The notes under the pieces were generated by a model that saw nothing but the letters and a program-made list of their open reading frames with translations, was not told where the DNA came from and did no database searches. Source: Podarcis erhardii (Eukaryota). From it: 64,000 nucleotides of DNA. The stretch lies in the NCBI GenBank assembly GCA_964252035.1, contig OZ176212.1; one strand, written 5' to 3'. Below are positions 1 to 12,998 of this stretch, in pieces (within the stretch, counting starts at the first letter, position 1; each line of letters begins with the position of its first letter). Both the position numbers and the translations under genes were made by a program.

Positions 1-956
1 CTGCAAAAGTGTCCCCTTGAAGTCCCTAACATATCAGAAGCTTGCTCCATGGTAACTCTCAGAGAGATATGGCAGCTGCTCACTATTTGTACTTTCTGGA
101 AAGCAATTTATGACATTTGTTTTGACAAGCTTTTCCAGCCAGGTGAAAAGGTATTTATTCCATATTGGTTTTAAACATACCTTTTGTTGTTTTGTGTACA
201 GGTTTCAAAGCTATTTTTAGTTGTTTTTATGTAAATTGTCTTGAGACTCATGTGGAAGACAAATCATTAATAAAATAAGATAAATAAAGGCCCAATGTCT
301 GCACATTTTCCACAGCACCTTAACACCACATGTGGTTCAAGTATTCACAACACCAACATTTGCGTGGGATGAGAAATATGGAGAATTGGATCCCATGTGG
401 CTCAGCATGCAGAGAAACTGGACCTTGGCGTTTTCCAAATTGCTGGGTCCATTTTGCAATATCTGCCCTGCCCCAAAACTCCCATACAAGTGTCAAGTGA
501 TGTGGCAGTCACAAGTGAAGCCTGGCAAATTACAGGACCAGGGTGGGGTCAATGCCTACCTGCTCCTCTGGGTCACTTTCTGTATCACACTGCAAAAGGA
601 GAATGAAAGAAAGAAGGAAGTCCGTCAGTACAGCAAACTGGAAATGCTCCTCAGTGGCACACCCCCCCCCACCACAATGCTGGTCAGCAGAAGACTTATG
701 GTAGGATTTTATGGCACATGGAAAGACTGATATTCTGATACCCCAAACCCATGGACCACCCAAGGCCTCAGAGGGGAACAGAATCAAATGCAAAGAACTC
801 ATGCAGGCAGGCATCATTGCACAGAAGCACGACTGAATCCATCAGAGATTAAGGAAGAAGCCTTGGTGCCTTCTCACTCTCCAAGGGACCAGCATCTCCC
901 ATGGTTTAGCACCAAGTGGAGAGGATTAGTTACAGATCTCCTGGAGGCCATTTACA

Positions 957-978
957 ACACACACACACACACACACAC
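957..978. repeat. (CA)n microsatellite in FBRS intron 2
   Basis: Read directly. Confidence 0.85.
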
Positions 979-2836
979 CCTTGCTCCAGTTCACAGGTGG
1001 GAAAGGATGCCAAGGAAATAATGTTTGGGAAGCTAAAACAGTGCCCTGTGAAGCTGTGTGCAGCCAGGGCTCACCACTAATGAAAACTAAAGCCCAAACC
1101 AAGAGAGCAGGGGTGTGGGAGAGGAATGCTTATACATTGCCCACTTACTATATATCCAGTTTCCAGGTAGGATTGGAGAGAAGGCTGGAAAAAGAAAATA
1201 AAGGTTGGCCGGGGGTGGGGGCAGAGAGAGGAAAATAAAGAAAGATAGATTAGACTCAGAAGGATAGGAGGCTGTTAATCCCAAAGATTTTTTTAAAAAT
1301 CCCAAAGATAAAAAATTAAGAGAAAGCATCCTTGTTTTGTCAGGAGAGTAATAAGATTTTAAGAGCAATACTGAAAATAAAAGAAAAAATGTGTCCTCCT
1401 TAGAATCACATGCTGAGTATTCCACAAAGATGAGGAGATTCTGGCTGGCATGCTACACACAGACACAATTTGGCTGCATTCAGATGATCATCTCAGCTTA
1501 AAAAGCTGAGATATGAACGAGTCTCTTTCCTCCTCATGCAGTCACTTCACTCCTCCCTTTGTGCAAATGAACAAGACAGGAAGATCAGTTAACTATAATA
1601 TCCCATGATGGCCAAACCAGGAAATTATAGTTAATAACTTCGAAAACAACTCAAGTATTAAACCAACTTTAAATCTTGGTTTCATAGCCTAGATTTTTCA
1701 GAAGCCATTGACCAGCATTTCCTAGTTCAGTTGCAACGTGAAACTATGGTTAGCCAATACTTCCTGGCTTGTTTTCCAGCTTCAGCAAAGGAAGAAGCCA
1801 GGCACCTGAATGCAGATGCACAGGACTCATTCATATCTCAGTTTATATGATTGTCCAAACATGCCCACCGCTCCACTATTTGCTCTAAATTTATTAGGCA
1901 TTTTGAGGATGCCAAGAGCAAATTTGCTGGGTTGGGATTTGTCTCCCTCTTCAAATCAAATTATTAGTAATATTTCCAACCGTGTCGATGCAGCGTCATT
2001 GCTGATGTCACCAAAACTCATCTGCCATTTGGAGATTCAACAACACAACAGAAAGCCCTCTAATAAATAAACCACAAGCCCTCCTGTGGAGGGAGTCCCA
2101 CTTTCTGAGGGCAACTTTGCTCCTGCTCTGTTGCTGTCAGCTAGCAGACGTGCTGAGTTTCAACCTGTCTCAGGGCTATACCCTAGTACTTGGAATCCTT
2201 TATTTTTAATCCTTTTCTACAGGAAAAATATGGTAATTTAACAGCAAAGGAAAGCTATGCTGCACAAGCTCAAATAAACTCTGCTTTACAGATTTAGTGG
2301 CTTGGCCCAGGTAGGATGCTATGTTCTGGTTCACATTAAGCTCTCTGTTTCCCTTATGTCCTGAATTCGCAATTAGCCTTAGTATTCAAGATCTGAAGAA
2401 CGTTTTCATGTAATCTCATTGAATTCTAGCAGCTTTTCATTTTGCCTCTTGCTCAACCCATATTTTTAACATAATGCCATACTCAGAAAGAGAAAAAAAT
2501 TCACCAGACATACAGCACTATAGGCCAACTTATTCAGCACTATAGAGTTTAGTTGCTGCTATAGGCTTGCCTTTTTGCACAACAAAACCTAGCAAATTTC
2601 AAGCATGTGTATAAAAAAAAGTTATTTGATAACCGAATCCTGTTGGTAACATGTCCTAGACCAGCCACAACCGATACTAATTGACGTCCATTCTCCCCCA
2701 ACCCAACAAGTCACCCAATTAGCTGCCTAAGAGATTTAAACTTAAGCCTGCAAAATGGGGGGAGCATATAAAAGCAGGCTTGACAGCAGGCAACACAATA
2801 AAAAGCAGTTTCCAACCCCTTAGCCACGGGTCTCAC

Positions 2837-5800
2837 CTCTTTGTGCCGCTTCTTGGTACGCTTCCTCACTGCTCTCTCCCGGCTGCGACCCTTCTCTGAG
2901 CTCCCATCCTCATCCTCAGGCTCAGAGTTGTTCCCCTCTCCCCGTTTTCTCTTTCCAGAATGCTTCATCCGAAGCTCCAGCCGCTCCGGGGTCTTCAAGG
3001 TAGCATCCTTCTGTGGGAAGGTGACAAGGCAGGTGTGCATTAAAACTATATTGAGCACAGAAAAGCTCAGGAATCCCTAAGCTAACCCCAGATGGATGTT
3101 GGGATGTATTTCAGCTCCCTAGAGGCAACTATAAAATAATGATGATGATGATGATGATGATGATGATAATAATAATATAGTAATAGCAATGATAGTAATA
3201 ATAATAAATGGGAAGGTGGGAATAATTATGTGTGTTAATTACTTGATCATCTGTACCAGGCTGACTGGACTCAGAAAAAACATACACCCCTTCTTACATT
3301 AGTGTGCGGATATGGTAGAAATTTATACTTCTACACAAACCATGGAAAATTAAGAGATCAAAGTGTATATCCAGTATATCCAGAGTTGGTGTGGTGTATA
3401 CTGGGCTTTGATCAAGAAGAGCTGAACTCCCATTTCTGCTCAACTTTGGGTCAAGTCACTGCCTCTCACCCTTGTAACTGTATGAGAAGGGTTAATGGGG
3501 AGCTATGTACATCACCCTGAGTTCTTTGAAAGAAGGATGGGATAAAAATGTGATAAATTATAACCATATGCTAAGCATTATGAGAATAGAGCCAGACTGA
3601 GAGCCAACATGGTGTAGTGGCAGAGTGTTGAACCAGCACAGAGGGTCTCAGTTTAAATTTCTGCTCAGCTATAAAGCCTCACTGGTTGACCTTGGGCCCA
3701 TCTCTCTTATTTAAATTTTTATTTAAAATATTTCCAGTCCACATTTAATCAAAAGTCAACCAAAACAGCAGCCAATGCAGAGATACAATATCTCAATACC
3801 TACTCCAAGCACTGCTACTCTAAAAATGACTGCATGAATAAATGTGTCTGCAGCTGATGATGAAACCCAAAAAGAGACACTGCCACCCATCAATGAGAAG
3901 GAAGGGTATTCCACCAATGGAGTGTCACTGCAGAGAAGGTCTTCTTCCATCTTGCTTCATAAGAAGACTGCCCTTAAAGGCAACCCAGAAACTTCAAACA
4001 CAGTGGGCAGATTACTGGCTGGAGTTCCATTTAGATCTCGCACAATCCCTGTCTGAAAGCAGCTGCACTGGTTGCCAGTTCATTTTCGGAACCAATTCAC
4101 GGTGCTCACGTTAATATTTAAAATCCTTAACTTAAGCCCCAAATATTGGAAAGACTGCCTCCTTCTCTACAGAATCTCTCAGATGTTAAGGTCAAGAGAG
4201 GGACCATCTTGGTAGTTCTACTACCCTCAGAAACTGGTGGTGGTGGTCCAGGAGAGAGCAACTTTTGAACTCTGGAATTTCTTCCCCACAAAGGTGCATC
4301 TGGCAACTTCATTATATAGTTTTTGTCATAAGCTGAAGATGCACCTCTTTACCCTGACATTTAATACAGTTTCAAATGTTGTATTTTAAACTTCTGTGAC
4401 CCATCCTGGGACTTCAGGATGAAGGTCGGGGATATATCAAAATAATAACTGACTAAGCCTGGCAACACGCAACAACAAGGGTGTCCCTGAGGATCTTAGC
4501 CTGACCAGATGTGCAGGGTAAGATTATCTAATCTAATCTAATCAAATCTTATCTATCTATCTATCTATTTATTTAAACAATTTATACACTGCTTAACTAC
4601 AATAGTCTCTCTAAGGAGGTTACAAAGATACACTACAAAACATAAAAATCAGATAAAACTATAAAATGAAACATCATTTAAAATAGTGTAGGGGGGTAGA
4701 ACCAAGTATACCATGAGTTCCTTGGAAAAATGGTGAGATAAAAATGTAATTTAGTCAATCTTCTAAATCCAAACAAAATGAAGCTAGCCATACCACACGC
4801 CACTGTAACCAGCAGCAATTGATAAAATTTTCTGAAAAGCTCAGCAAACACACAACACTTGCCTCGCCTGGTCAGTTGCATCTGGAATGCTGCATTTGCA
4901 CAGCACAGTCCAAGAAGTCTGTCTTGTCAACAGACATTCACCTGGCCACTATGGGAAATGAAAGTCACCTTCAGTGCATTGGGGAGAGCTGATAACTTAG
5001 GGAAGATCGGCTTAGCTCAAGAGAGATGCCAACAAACAGGAAAGGCCTCAGAGGAAGATAAGAAGTTTGGGACTATATCCAGAGAAAACAGCCAGTCTCA
5101 GGGTGGCAGAGTGTCAGACCAAGGCATGCTCTTCCACCCCTGTGATTTTCTGTGGCTGTGGAGTGAATAGTTCTTAGCAATGCACTGGATTCCTTTGGAG
5201 TTTGGCAAAGGCACCTGTGTTCACGCCCAGCTCCTCACCCAGTCCTGTCAAGCTGGAAAGGCAGGTGAAGCCAGTCCAGCCTGGAGCATTCCTGTGTTTA
5301 GCAGAGCCTCCTTTGCTGCTTCAGCAAGTGAAGCAGCTATGTTTTGCATGTCACCTGAGAGATACACATCAGCACCTACGGAAGTCACATAATCCCACAC
5401 CCACCAAGGTATGCAGAGTTTATTAGACCACATCCCAATCCGAGAAATATTCATGAAAAAGGGACCATAACTTCAACACACTAAGAAACTCACAGCAAAA
5501 CCACACTGATTGGAGCTTACTAAAGCCTCCTTTGCTTTATGTCTCATACTATACCTTTGCATATATACTAAGGCAGACAATGGGTACATTTAGCCAGTAC
5601 TACTAGGGATTTAACTCAAGTTTTTATATACAAATTACCAGCTCAGAGCTATGGTTGCTCCCTTTAGTCAATAACCATTTTATCTTATTTCAAGTGCTGA
5701 AGACTCCTCTGACAGCAGCTCATCTCCCCCTCTTTCTTCCTCCTCCAGCCTCTCACAAAAGGGTATTTCTTCTCACAACAATTTACCAGAAAACAGACCT

Positions 5801-6879
5801 GCTCCCCCCCCCTTCTCCCACATGTCAATCAGTTTAATTTGAGGGATCCATATGGTTCCCTATTTGAGATGATTGACAAGACAGGAGACCGTCTTGCTCC
5901 CTTTTATATCACCACTGGCTTCTGCTTGTAGAACAAACTAAAGTTCAAACAACCAGTCTGCCTTTGTCCTGTGCTAGATGGCTTGAACACTACCAATCAT
6001 AGCTTTAAGTTCTTCTGCTCTTATAAGGGACTTCTAGGGATCTCCCATCCAAGAGACCAATCAGGGACCCACATCTGTTTAATTTCAGCTATTATCTGAG
6101 AGCAACTCAGATTGTCCACTAGATCCATCACTGTCACTTGACTTGGGAATCCCATGCTGACAAAAGGGAGAGGGGAGAGGGCGGAAGGGAACAACAACCT
6201 GCTGCACTTAAAATATACTAGTATTTACATATGTTTTTACTCCTATTCTCCAGGCACACCCCATCCTAGCTGACTTCTTCCCGTGGAGTCTCAGAAGCAG
6301 AAGCCAGTGTCTTTTCTGAATTATGGGGACAAGAGAATCCAAGGTTCTCCCTCTTTCTTCTTCCTTTCTGTATCACAGCTCTAAGGGTCGTGCAGAACTA
6401 AAATCACTCCCAGCCAACCTCAGCACCCAGACTATACAAAGGCCCGTGAGACCCCACAGATAGAGATTGGGACACTTCCTCACCTCAAGTGCCTCAAGGC
6501 TGACAAAGCTGGCAATGGCAAAGCCATCAATGAGATCCTCCTCCTCCTCTTCCTCCTCCTCATCGCGGCTGCAGGATGATCCAGAGGGTCTCTTCCGCCG
6601 CCGCCGCAGGGGCCGCCGCCTTCGACGCTGCTGCTGCTGCAGGGAGCGGCCTTTTCCAGGTGCCACAGGAGCAGGTGGGGAGGGGCCTTCACTGTCCGAT
6701 CCTGAAGATGAAGATGACGAGAGGCCACGACGAGACCCATCCCCAGGACGGCCTCCCCGGCGGCGAGTGCAGCGGCTCTCACGGTCCCGCCGTGAGCAAC
6801 GCCGCTGCCTCCGTGTTCGGCTACTGCTGCCTCCTCCCCCACTCCAGCATGGGGCAGGAGCTGCCGCTGTTCCTTCCAT
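2837..6879 (-). CDS. FBRS: Fibrosin (AUTS2/FBRSL1 family), 5' part: coding exon 1 = 6484..6879 and exon 2 = 2837..3010; gene continues beyond the left edge
   Basis: Exon 1 starts at ggaaccATGG and reads MEGTAAAPAPCW...RRCSRRDRE...[22 protein letters not shown], then donor GAG|gtgagg. Exon 2 follows acceptor cccacag| and reads [24 protein letters not shown]...KRHKE|gtgaga. Both junctions are phase 0. The sequence matches the recalled human FBRS N-terminus ([42 protein letters not shown]). PRR14 is the upstream neighbour, as in human. Confidence 0.93.
3137..3206. repeat. (GAT)n/(AAT)n compound microsatellite
   Basis: About 9 GAT units followed by imperfect AAT units. Confidence 0.85.
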
Positions 6880-7699
6880 GGTTCCCCCCTTGAGGTACAG
6901 AGAATGTGTCGTGTTGTGTCCTGTGGATACTGCAGACATGCAAGGAGGTGGGGGGGGACACTCTTCACCCTTCCCCAGCCAGTTGCATTGCAGCTGCTCT
7001 CAAATGAGCCCTTGTTCTTCCACAGATGCCACTTGGAAAAGCAAGAACGAGGCTCCCCTCTTCTTTTCCGTAAAAAAAGGGGGTTTTGTATTTTGTGGCC
7101 AAAACAAAAAATCCTTGGACTTTACACCTTACAGTTGTCAGCAACCTTTCCTTGATTTACATTTAGAGAGCCCACACAAGAGGATCCTCTTTGCTCTGGG
7201 AAAGTCAGAGCAACTCTCCTTTCATTCAAGTTTAATTCCCTCTCAAGTGACAGGGATGGCAACTTCTGTTTTTTTCTGCTTGTTTTTGGTCTTTGTCTTA
7301 AAGGCAAGACCATTAAATTAAAAAGAATTAAATACTTTCAACATAGAACTCTAAGAAGCGGAAGGTGATCCAATAACTTTTTCTTCCTTTACATAAAATC
7401 AGCCCCTGCCAGCGCACAGAGATCTCTCTAACATGGAGCCTCCTGTTTGGGTGAGGAAGGAAATCTGTCAAAACACCCTCGCCTTGGACAAGGGTTTTAC
7501 ATCCCTCCAACTGTGACACAGTGTGCCTTTAAATATATTTATATATATTTGTTTGATTGTAAAACCCAATTTTAAAACAAACCCCAGCGCATGGCAACTT
7601 TCTTGCAGGTTGAAGGAAGCCTTTGCTTTAAGTGCCTATCTGTGTGGTTTTTTTCCCCCCGAAGATGAACCGCGAAACTGTCACTTTCGACTTTCCCTC

Positions 7700-9220
7700 A
7701 GGGGAATTGGGGGTTCGCCCCCGACGGAGCTGCCAGCCTGGGCAGCCTCCCCTTTAAGACTGCGGAGGTGGCTCCTGCCAACAATGGCAAGCGGCTTCCG
7801 CCCAGAGGGCAACTCTCACTTCCTCCGCTCGGCCGAGGGCTCCCCGCGAGGGAAGCGGCTCCGCGGGGCCATCTCTTCTTCCTCTTCTGCTTTCCCGGGA
7901 AGCGGCACCTTCCTCCTCCTCCTCCTCCTCCTCCTCCTCGCGAACCTCCGTCCGTGAAGAAGAGGCCTCCCGGATTCCTCCCACAGGGTGTGACCTTGCC
8001 TTTAAGGGTCCGGATCTCTGTGTCTCAATTTCCCCTTTAAGAGTGCTCGATTTTGAGTCCGCCACACATTTCCTGCCAAAGCATGGCCTCCCCTTTAAGA
8101 ATGTGGATTTAAAGTTCTCCCTTGTCAGGCACCGACTCTCCCAACGACCGGAATGAACAGCCCTCCAAGCATTTCTCTTTCCTCCTTGTCAGCTTGCGCT
8201 GCCCTTTAAGGATCCAGCGTTCAAGGTCCTCCGGAGAAACCCAAATTTCACCTTTAAGGGCCACCCCTCCCTCTCAGCCACAATGAGGGCCCGAGAAGAA
8301 CTCCCCTTTAAGAGGGCCGGGCTCCCTTTAAATCCATTGACAGGCGCTGGCGGTTGGGGGGGGGGTTGTTGTCCTCCGGCTGAAAGTGCCCCCTCTTCTC
8401 GCGGCCCCCCCAAGCTGTCCCTTTAAGAGCGCCGGCCGTTGAGGGGGCTTTTCAACTCACCCCACCTTTTCGCCTCCGTCCAGGCTCGCGGCAAGCGGCC
8501 CCGCGAGCCCCTGGCGCTGATTGGCTGCGAGGCTGGTACCCTCCGCTATCGTCGCGGCCCCCCCACAGCTGATTGGCCGAAGCGGTGAGGTGAGTAAGGA
8601 TGGGGGAGGGGTGGCTGGCTGGCTGGCAGGGTCCGGCTGCAGGGAGGGAGGCCGGCAGGCGGGCTGGCGTGGCGCTCCCGTCCCCCTCGCGCCGGGGTGG
8701 GGGGCCCTTTCGGCTGGCCGTCCTTTGCCCCCTCCCCGCTCCGTCTCCGCGGCTGCCCCCCGACTCTCCCTCTCCCTCTAGCAGCCTCTGCCGGATCCCC
8801 TTCGTCTCTGCGCACGGCACGCAACTCCTCCCACAGCGTCATATCCCTCCGCCCTCTGCGTTGATGGAACCATTTAAAAAATCCCTCCGCTGGAAAAAGA
8901 AGAGGAAATAGTCCCTTCGGTTAGCCTCTGTTTCCGCCCACCCGCCCCTTGGAGACTGTTCGAGGTGGAGGGTGTTCCCTTAAACCAACACCCCCGCCTT
9001 CAGAGTCACTTCCGTTCTCCGCAGGGTGACGTCATGGTTTCACGGAGACAAACGTGATGCAATGATGTCATACTTTCTTCGCAGCAACCTCGCACGGTGA
9101 TGTTATAACGCCAGCGCGTGATGTCATAGGGCTCGGCGCCACACGCCTCTGCTGTAGCAGACCCTTGAGGACGAAGGAGAACTTGATGACGTCACAACAC
9201 TACCATGTGATGCCATCCTC
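7700..9220 (-). promoter_or_regulatory. CpG-island promoter/5' region of FBRS
   Basis: CpG- and GC-rich. Two GCTGATTGG (CCAAT) boxes near 8517 and 8569, an ETS core ACTTCCG near 9008, a CRE cluster at 9027-9215 and a CCTTTAAG cluster at 7751-8427. Confidence 0.85.
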
Positions 9221-9809
9221 CCGTAAGGGAACTGTTACTTTCCAAGCTCCCGCATAAAGTACTACTTTTTGAACCCTTCATTCAGTAGAGGATTGTCTGC
9301 GTTGTCTGGCAGAACTGCTCTGGGATTTTTTACAGGGGTATCTCTCAGCCTTGATACTATTCCACTAGCAATAGCCCTGCACTGAATTTCAAAAAGCATT
9401 TGTTAGAAAAAATTGTTATCCACTTTGGTCTGATGAAAGTAGCTGAAACTATGATGAATCAGATATGATCAATCCTTCTGCATTGTTCTTTTTTCAGAAT
9501 TCAACGTATTTATTTATAATAGTTAAGACTTTGATCAAGGAATACATTCTACATTAGTACTTTGACAGAAGTTTATATTGCACTGTGGCTGTAAAGAATT
9601 AGAAATGGGGGGGCATTATCAACAACCTGATTTAGAGTTTAATTAAAAACTGGAGCTTGCTCAGAGAAAGACCTCCAGTACAGTGAGGGGGAAGGAAATC
9701 AAGTCCAATTAAAAAAATAGGTAGGTATGCAGAGGAGGGTTAGTTTAAGAATAGAGCAGCAACTTTTGAATTTTTGAATTGCTATTACATAGCGCAAATT
9801 CATTTCCTG

Positions 9810-9940
9810 TAATTCAGGGTAGATCCAAACTAACAGCTTCAAATTACAAGAAAGGACATTTCAATTAAACATTATAAAGAACTTACTGATGATATGAGCT
9901 GTTTTAACCACAGTGGATGGAGCAGTCACAGATTTTGTCT
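9810..9940 (+). mobile_element. CR1 LINE 3' fragment
   Basis: ttcaaattacaagaaaggacatttcaattaaacattataaagaacttactgatgatatgagctgtt resembles the CR1 3' region and is complementary to part of the CR1 at 59640-59800. Confidence 0.6.
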
Positions 9941-10549
9941 ATCAGCTGACTAAATGTGTTTTGAGGTCCCTTCTATTATTCTAGATGCATACTTGTGTTT
10001 AGATAACCTAAGTCTTTGTAGTCTTTTTGCTTTATACGTTGAAGACAAAGTCACTGAACTCTGGAAGGACTTCGTTGTTGCAGTCTGTTGAGATGCCCAA
10101 TGCCATGCATGTCTAAACTGGTGTTGTAGGATCAATTTCAGCTGATGTGGCCTGACGATGTGGGCAGGGCGCTTGCAGCAATGAGTCTAACTACCGTATG
10201 TGCTCTCTTACTCCTTGCCCTCATTTGCTAATAAAAACTAGCAGAAAATATGTGAGTGGGCGGGTTCAGAATGTAGTTAATGCATGTCTGTTTAAGAGGG
10301 TGGTCTCCAGTGTTCTGGACCCTCTGATGCAGAGTAACTACCAACCAGTTGTGTATTATTAGTAAGGTGCCTAGAGAAGCTTGTAGCATAACAACTGCAG
10401 GCATTCCTCTCCCCAACACTAGAACTTGTGGATATCCAAAGAAGCTGAATATTAAAACTTTATTCTCAGACCCTGCAGTCACTGAAGCCCTTATTTGTAT
10501 GTCTTCTGCACAAGAGGTCCAGAGGGTGGCAACACAAGAATGGGCCTTT

Positions 10550-10850
10550 TTTACAGTGGTTCCCCATTTGTGGAATGCTCTCCTCGGGGAGGCTTGCTTG
10601 GCACCTTCATTACATATCTTCAGGCAACAGGAAAAAACTTTCCTCTATAACCAGGCCTTTGGCCTTTTAACTATTTGTGGCCTTTTAGAAGTGGATGGGG
10701 TGTTTTTAATGTATTCTCTTTTCCTCTTGGTTTTAATGTATGTATGTAGGGTCTTCTGTCTGTTTGATTGTAAGTTGCTTTGAGTTGCCCTGGGCAAGAT
10801 AAAGCAATTAACAAAGTCACCAAACAATGATGACAAATGGAAATACTTAT
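10550..10850 (+). mobile_element. L2-like LINE 3' end
   Basis: gggcctttttacagtggttccccatttgtggaatgctctcc...ccaggcctttggcc is typical of a squamate L2 3' end and is followed by an AT-rich tail. Confidence 0.6.
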
Positions 10851-10909
10851 TCACACAGCACATAAACTATGGAATTTGCTCCCATAAGAGGAATTCAGTT
10901 TCCCATTAT

Positions 10910-11680
10910 GAGACTGAATCAGCCTTGGTGGCCCCAATGGAGGACTTCTACTGAGAGCAAGGCACAGGGAGTATAACCATTCTCCTTCTTCTGAAGCTCT
11001 TGGTGGTTTTTTATATCATTGACCATGGCATTCTCCTGGACCAACTCTTGTGAGCTGGGTATTGGAGGCACTGCACTGCAGTGGTTCTGATCCTATCTGC
11101 AGGTTTAGGTCCAGAGAGTAGCAGTTGAAAAGATACTCATTGGTGCCAAAGTGGTTTTACAAAGCACCACTTTATCACCAATTTCTTTTTACCATACGTA
11201 TAAAGTTGCTAGGAATTTTGAACAGAATGCCATCAGTATGCCAACATTCCACTCTACTTCTTTTATACATCTGATTCAGGTTAGGCTGTACACACCCTGG
11301 ACCAGTGGGCTGAATGAATCACAGTAAGACCAAGGACTGTGGTTGAGTGGTTCCCATGTCCAGGAGGCAAATTGTCTGTTCCAGACTCTCCCTTGGGTGG
11401 TTTGCATCTTCAAGGTGCTCCTGGATCCGCGTGGTCTCAATGACCAGGAACTCCATCTATAAACCTTTGTCTGGAAGGACAGTTCCTGGATTGGGATAGC
11501 TTGGCCACTGTGTGTCAGATGTTTGTAAGCTCAACATTATACAATACAGCGATGCATCCTAGGCGAGGCTTTGATTGGGTTTGGTCCAGCAGCTGGGACT
11601 ACTAAGGGTGCCATATTCTGCTTGCCTTGTTTCTTCTACAAGAGGGCATTTAATGTGTCTGCAACTAGGTTCTGTAACTC
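10910..11680 (+). mobile_element. Degenerate L2-like LINE, reverse-transcriptase region
   Basis: Decayed TETAL...DHGILL..L...GIGGTALQWF.SYL-like coding remnant (gagactgaatcagccttgg; cattgaccatggcattctcctgg; ggtattggaggcactgcactgcagtggttc), interrupted by stops and frameshifts. Confidence 0.55.
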
Positions 11681-12992
11681 CCTAGTACCATGAAGCAAAC
11701 ACCACAAGTACTTTGTTTCAGATGCCCGCTTAAGCCTCTTCTGCTTGCTTTTCCAATGCGTTGTTCAGCCAATAACTTATTGTGTATCACCATCCAGATG
11801 TTGGCATACGTTTTGTGTGCTCTTTTATGGGTATGTTCACAGCCCAGGTCATTTGTTTACTGTGCAATATTTAAATCTGTAAATTAATAAAAGCAGGCAG
11901 GACTGAGAGGAAGCCAAGTCTGAGATACACAGCAGAGCAAGGTTAGCGAAAAATGCAACCATCCCCACCCATCAGAGCACCTGACGGCAAGGCCTGCCAG
12001 ATGACCCTGTAGCAAAGGTAATAAAAAAATACTGAACAGAAGCAAAAGTACAGAATGAACGTAGCCAAACCTAAGCCTTGAAGAAAGAGTTTGTTTCACC
12101 CACAACAGTATGGAGGGAAGGTGTACCATGTTTATTTAACAAGTTTTATATAGCATCAAAACCTCTAAGCAGTTTACATAACTATAGACAGGGGGACCTT
12201 TCTCCTGATGCACATGTGGAGCAGCAGAACTTTTGTCAGGGCTTCAGAGTCTTGCAAACTTTGACCAGAGCCTACTGTACTGGGATAAAAGCTGCTCAAT
12301 AAATCCTAAGTAGTTAACTAACAAGAAAAGGCATTTTCCAGTAGACAAACGGACCAAAGAAAGGCCTGCGAGAGTGAATAGGATGGAAATGTCTCCACTC
12401 CCACGCAAAACCTGTTAATTTGATAAAATGAGATGTTGCTGTTGCAATACTAACCATGAGGAATCAATCAGACACGCTGTCTTTTCCAAAAACGAATGAC
12501 GGAGTGAATTTCACCAATGTCAACTCTAGACTATGGTAGCTTTGAAGGTGAATGTACCACCTCAAAACAGATTTTAAACTGGGCATAGCTACTGAATTTG
12601 CACAAATGCACGGCCGACTACACAAATCCACATATTTTGTTATTTGTTGTAGCCTCTTATACATGTACAATTTTAGTACAACCGGGTGCAGTTCGCTTGA
12701 CTTCTTTCTTGCCATTTGATCCCGCATCACAGCAATTTTGCTTTTTGCCATAGCCAATGCACCTACCACCATTCCTGGTAGGAGGCAACATTGGCTGGGG
12801 AAATTAATTTAGTGTGGCAATGATATATGATCCACTGCTTGCCATGGATTTTCATTTTCTGGTCGCTATGCCCTTGTTCCAAGGCAAAATTATCTATTGC
12901 CGTCTCCCTTAAAGCTGCATTCAGGGTCCCACCAAGGCCAGTTAAGGAGCAACTGGCAATATGTGGTTTTTTCCTCCCCCCAAGATACAAAG

Positions 12993-12998
12993 TTTATT
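12993..12998 (-). terminator. Probable polyadenylation signal of PRR14
   Basis: AATAAA on the minus strand (tttatt on plus), about 870 nt downstream of the PRR14 stop. Confidence 0.55.

Noticed and set aside
3756-4114. Overlapping short ORFs in FBRS intron 1 (MSAADDETQK...)
   Set aside because: No homology recognised and no convincing splice-site pair in phase with the FBRS exons.
6467-7321. 284-aa plus-strand ORF
   Set aside because: It is the antisense shadow of the GC-rich, low-complexity FBRS exon 1, with no recognisable domain.
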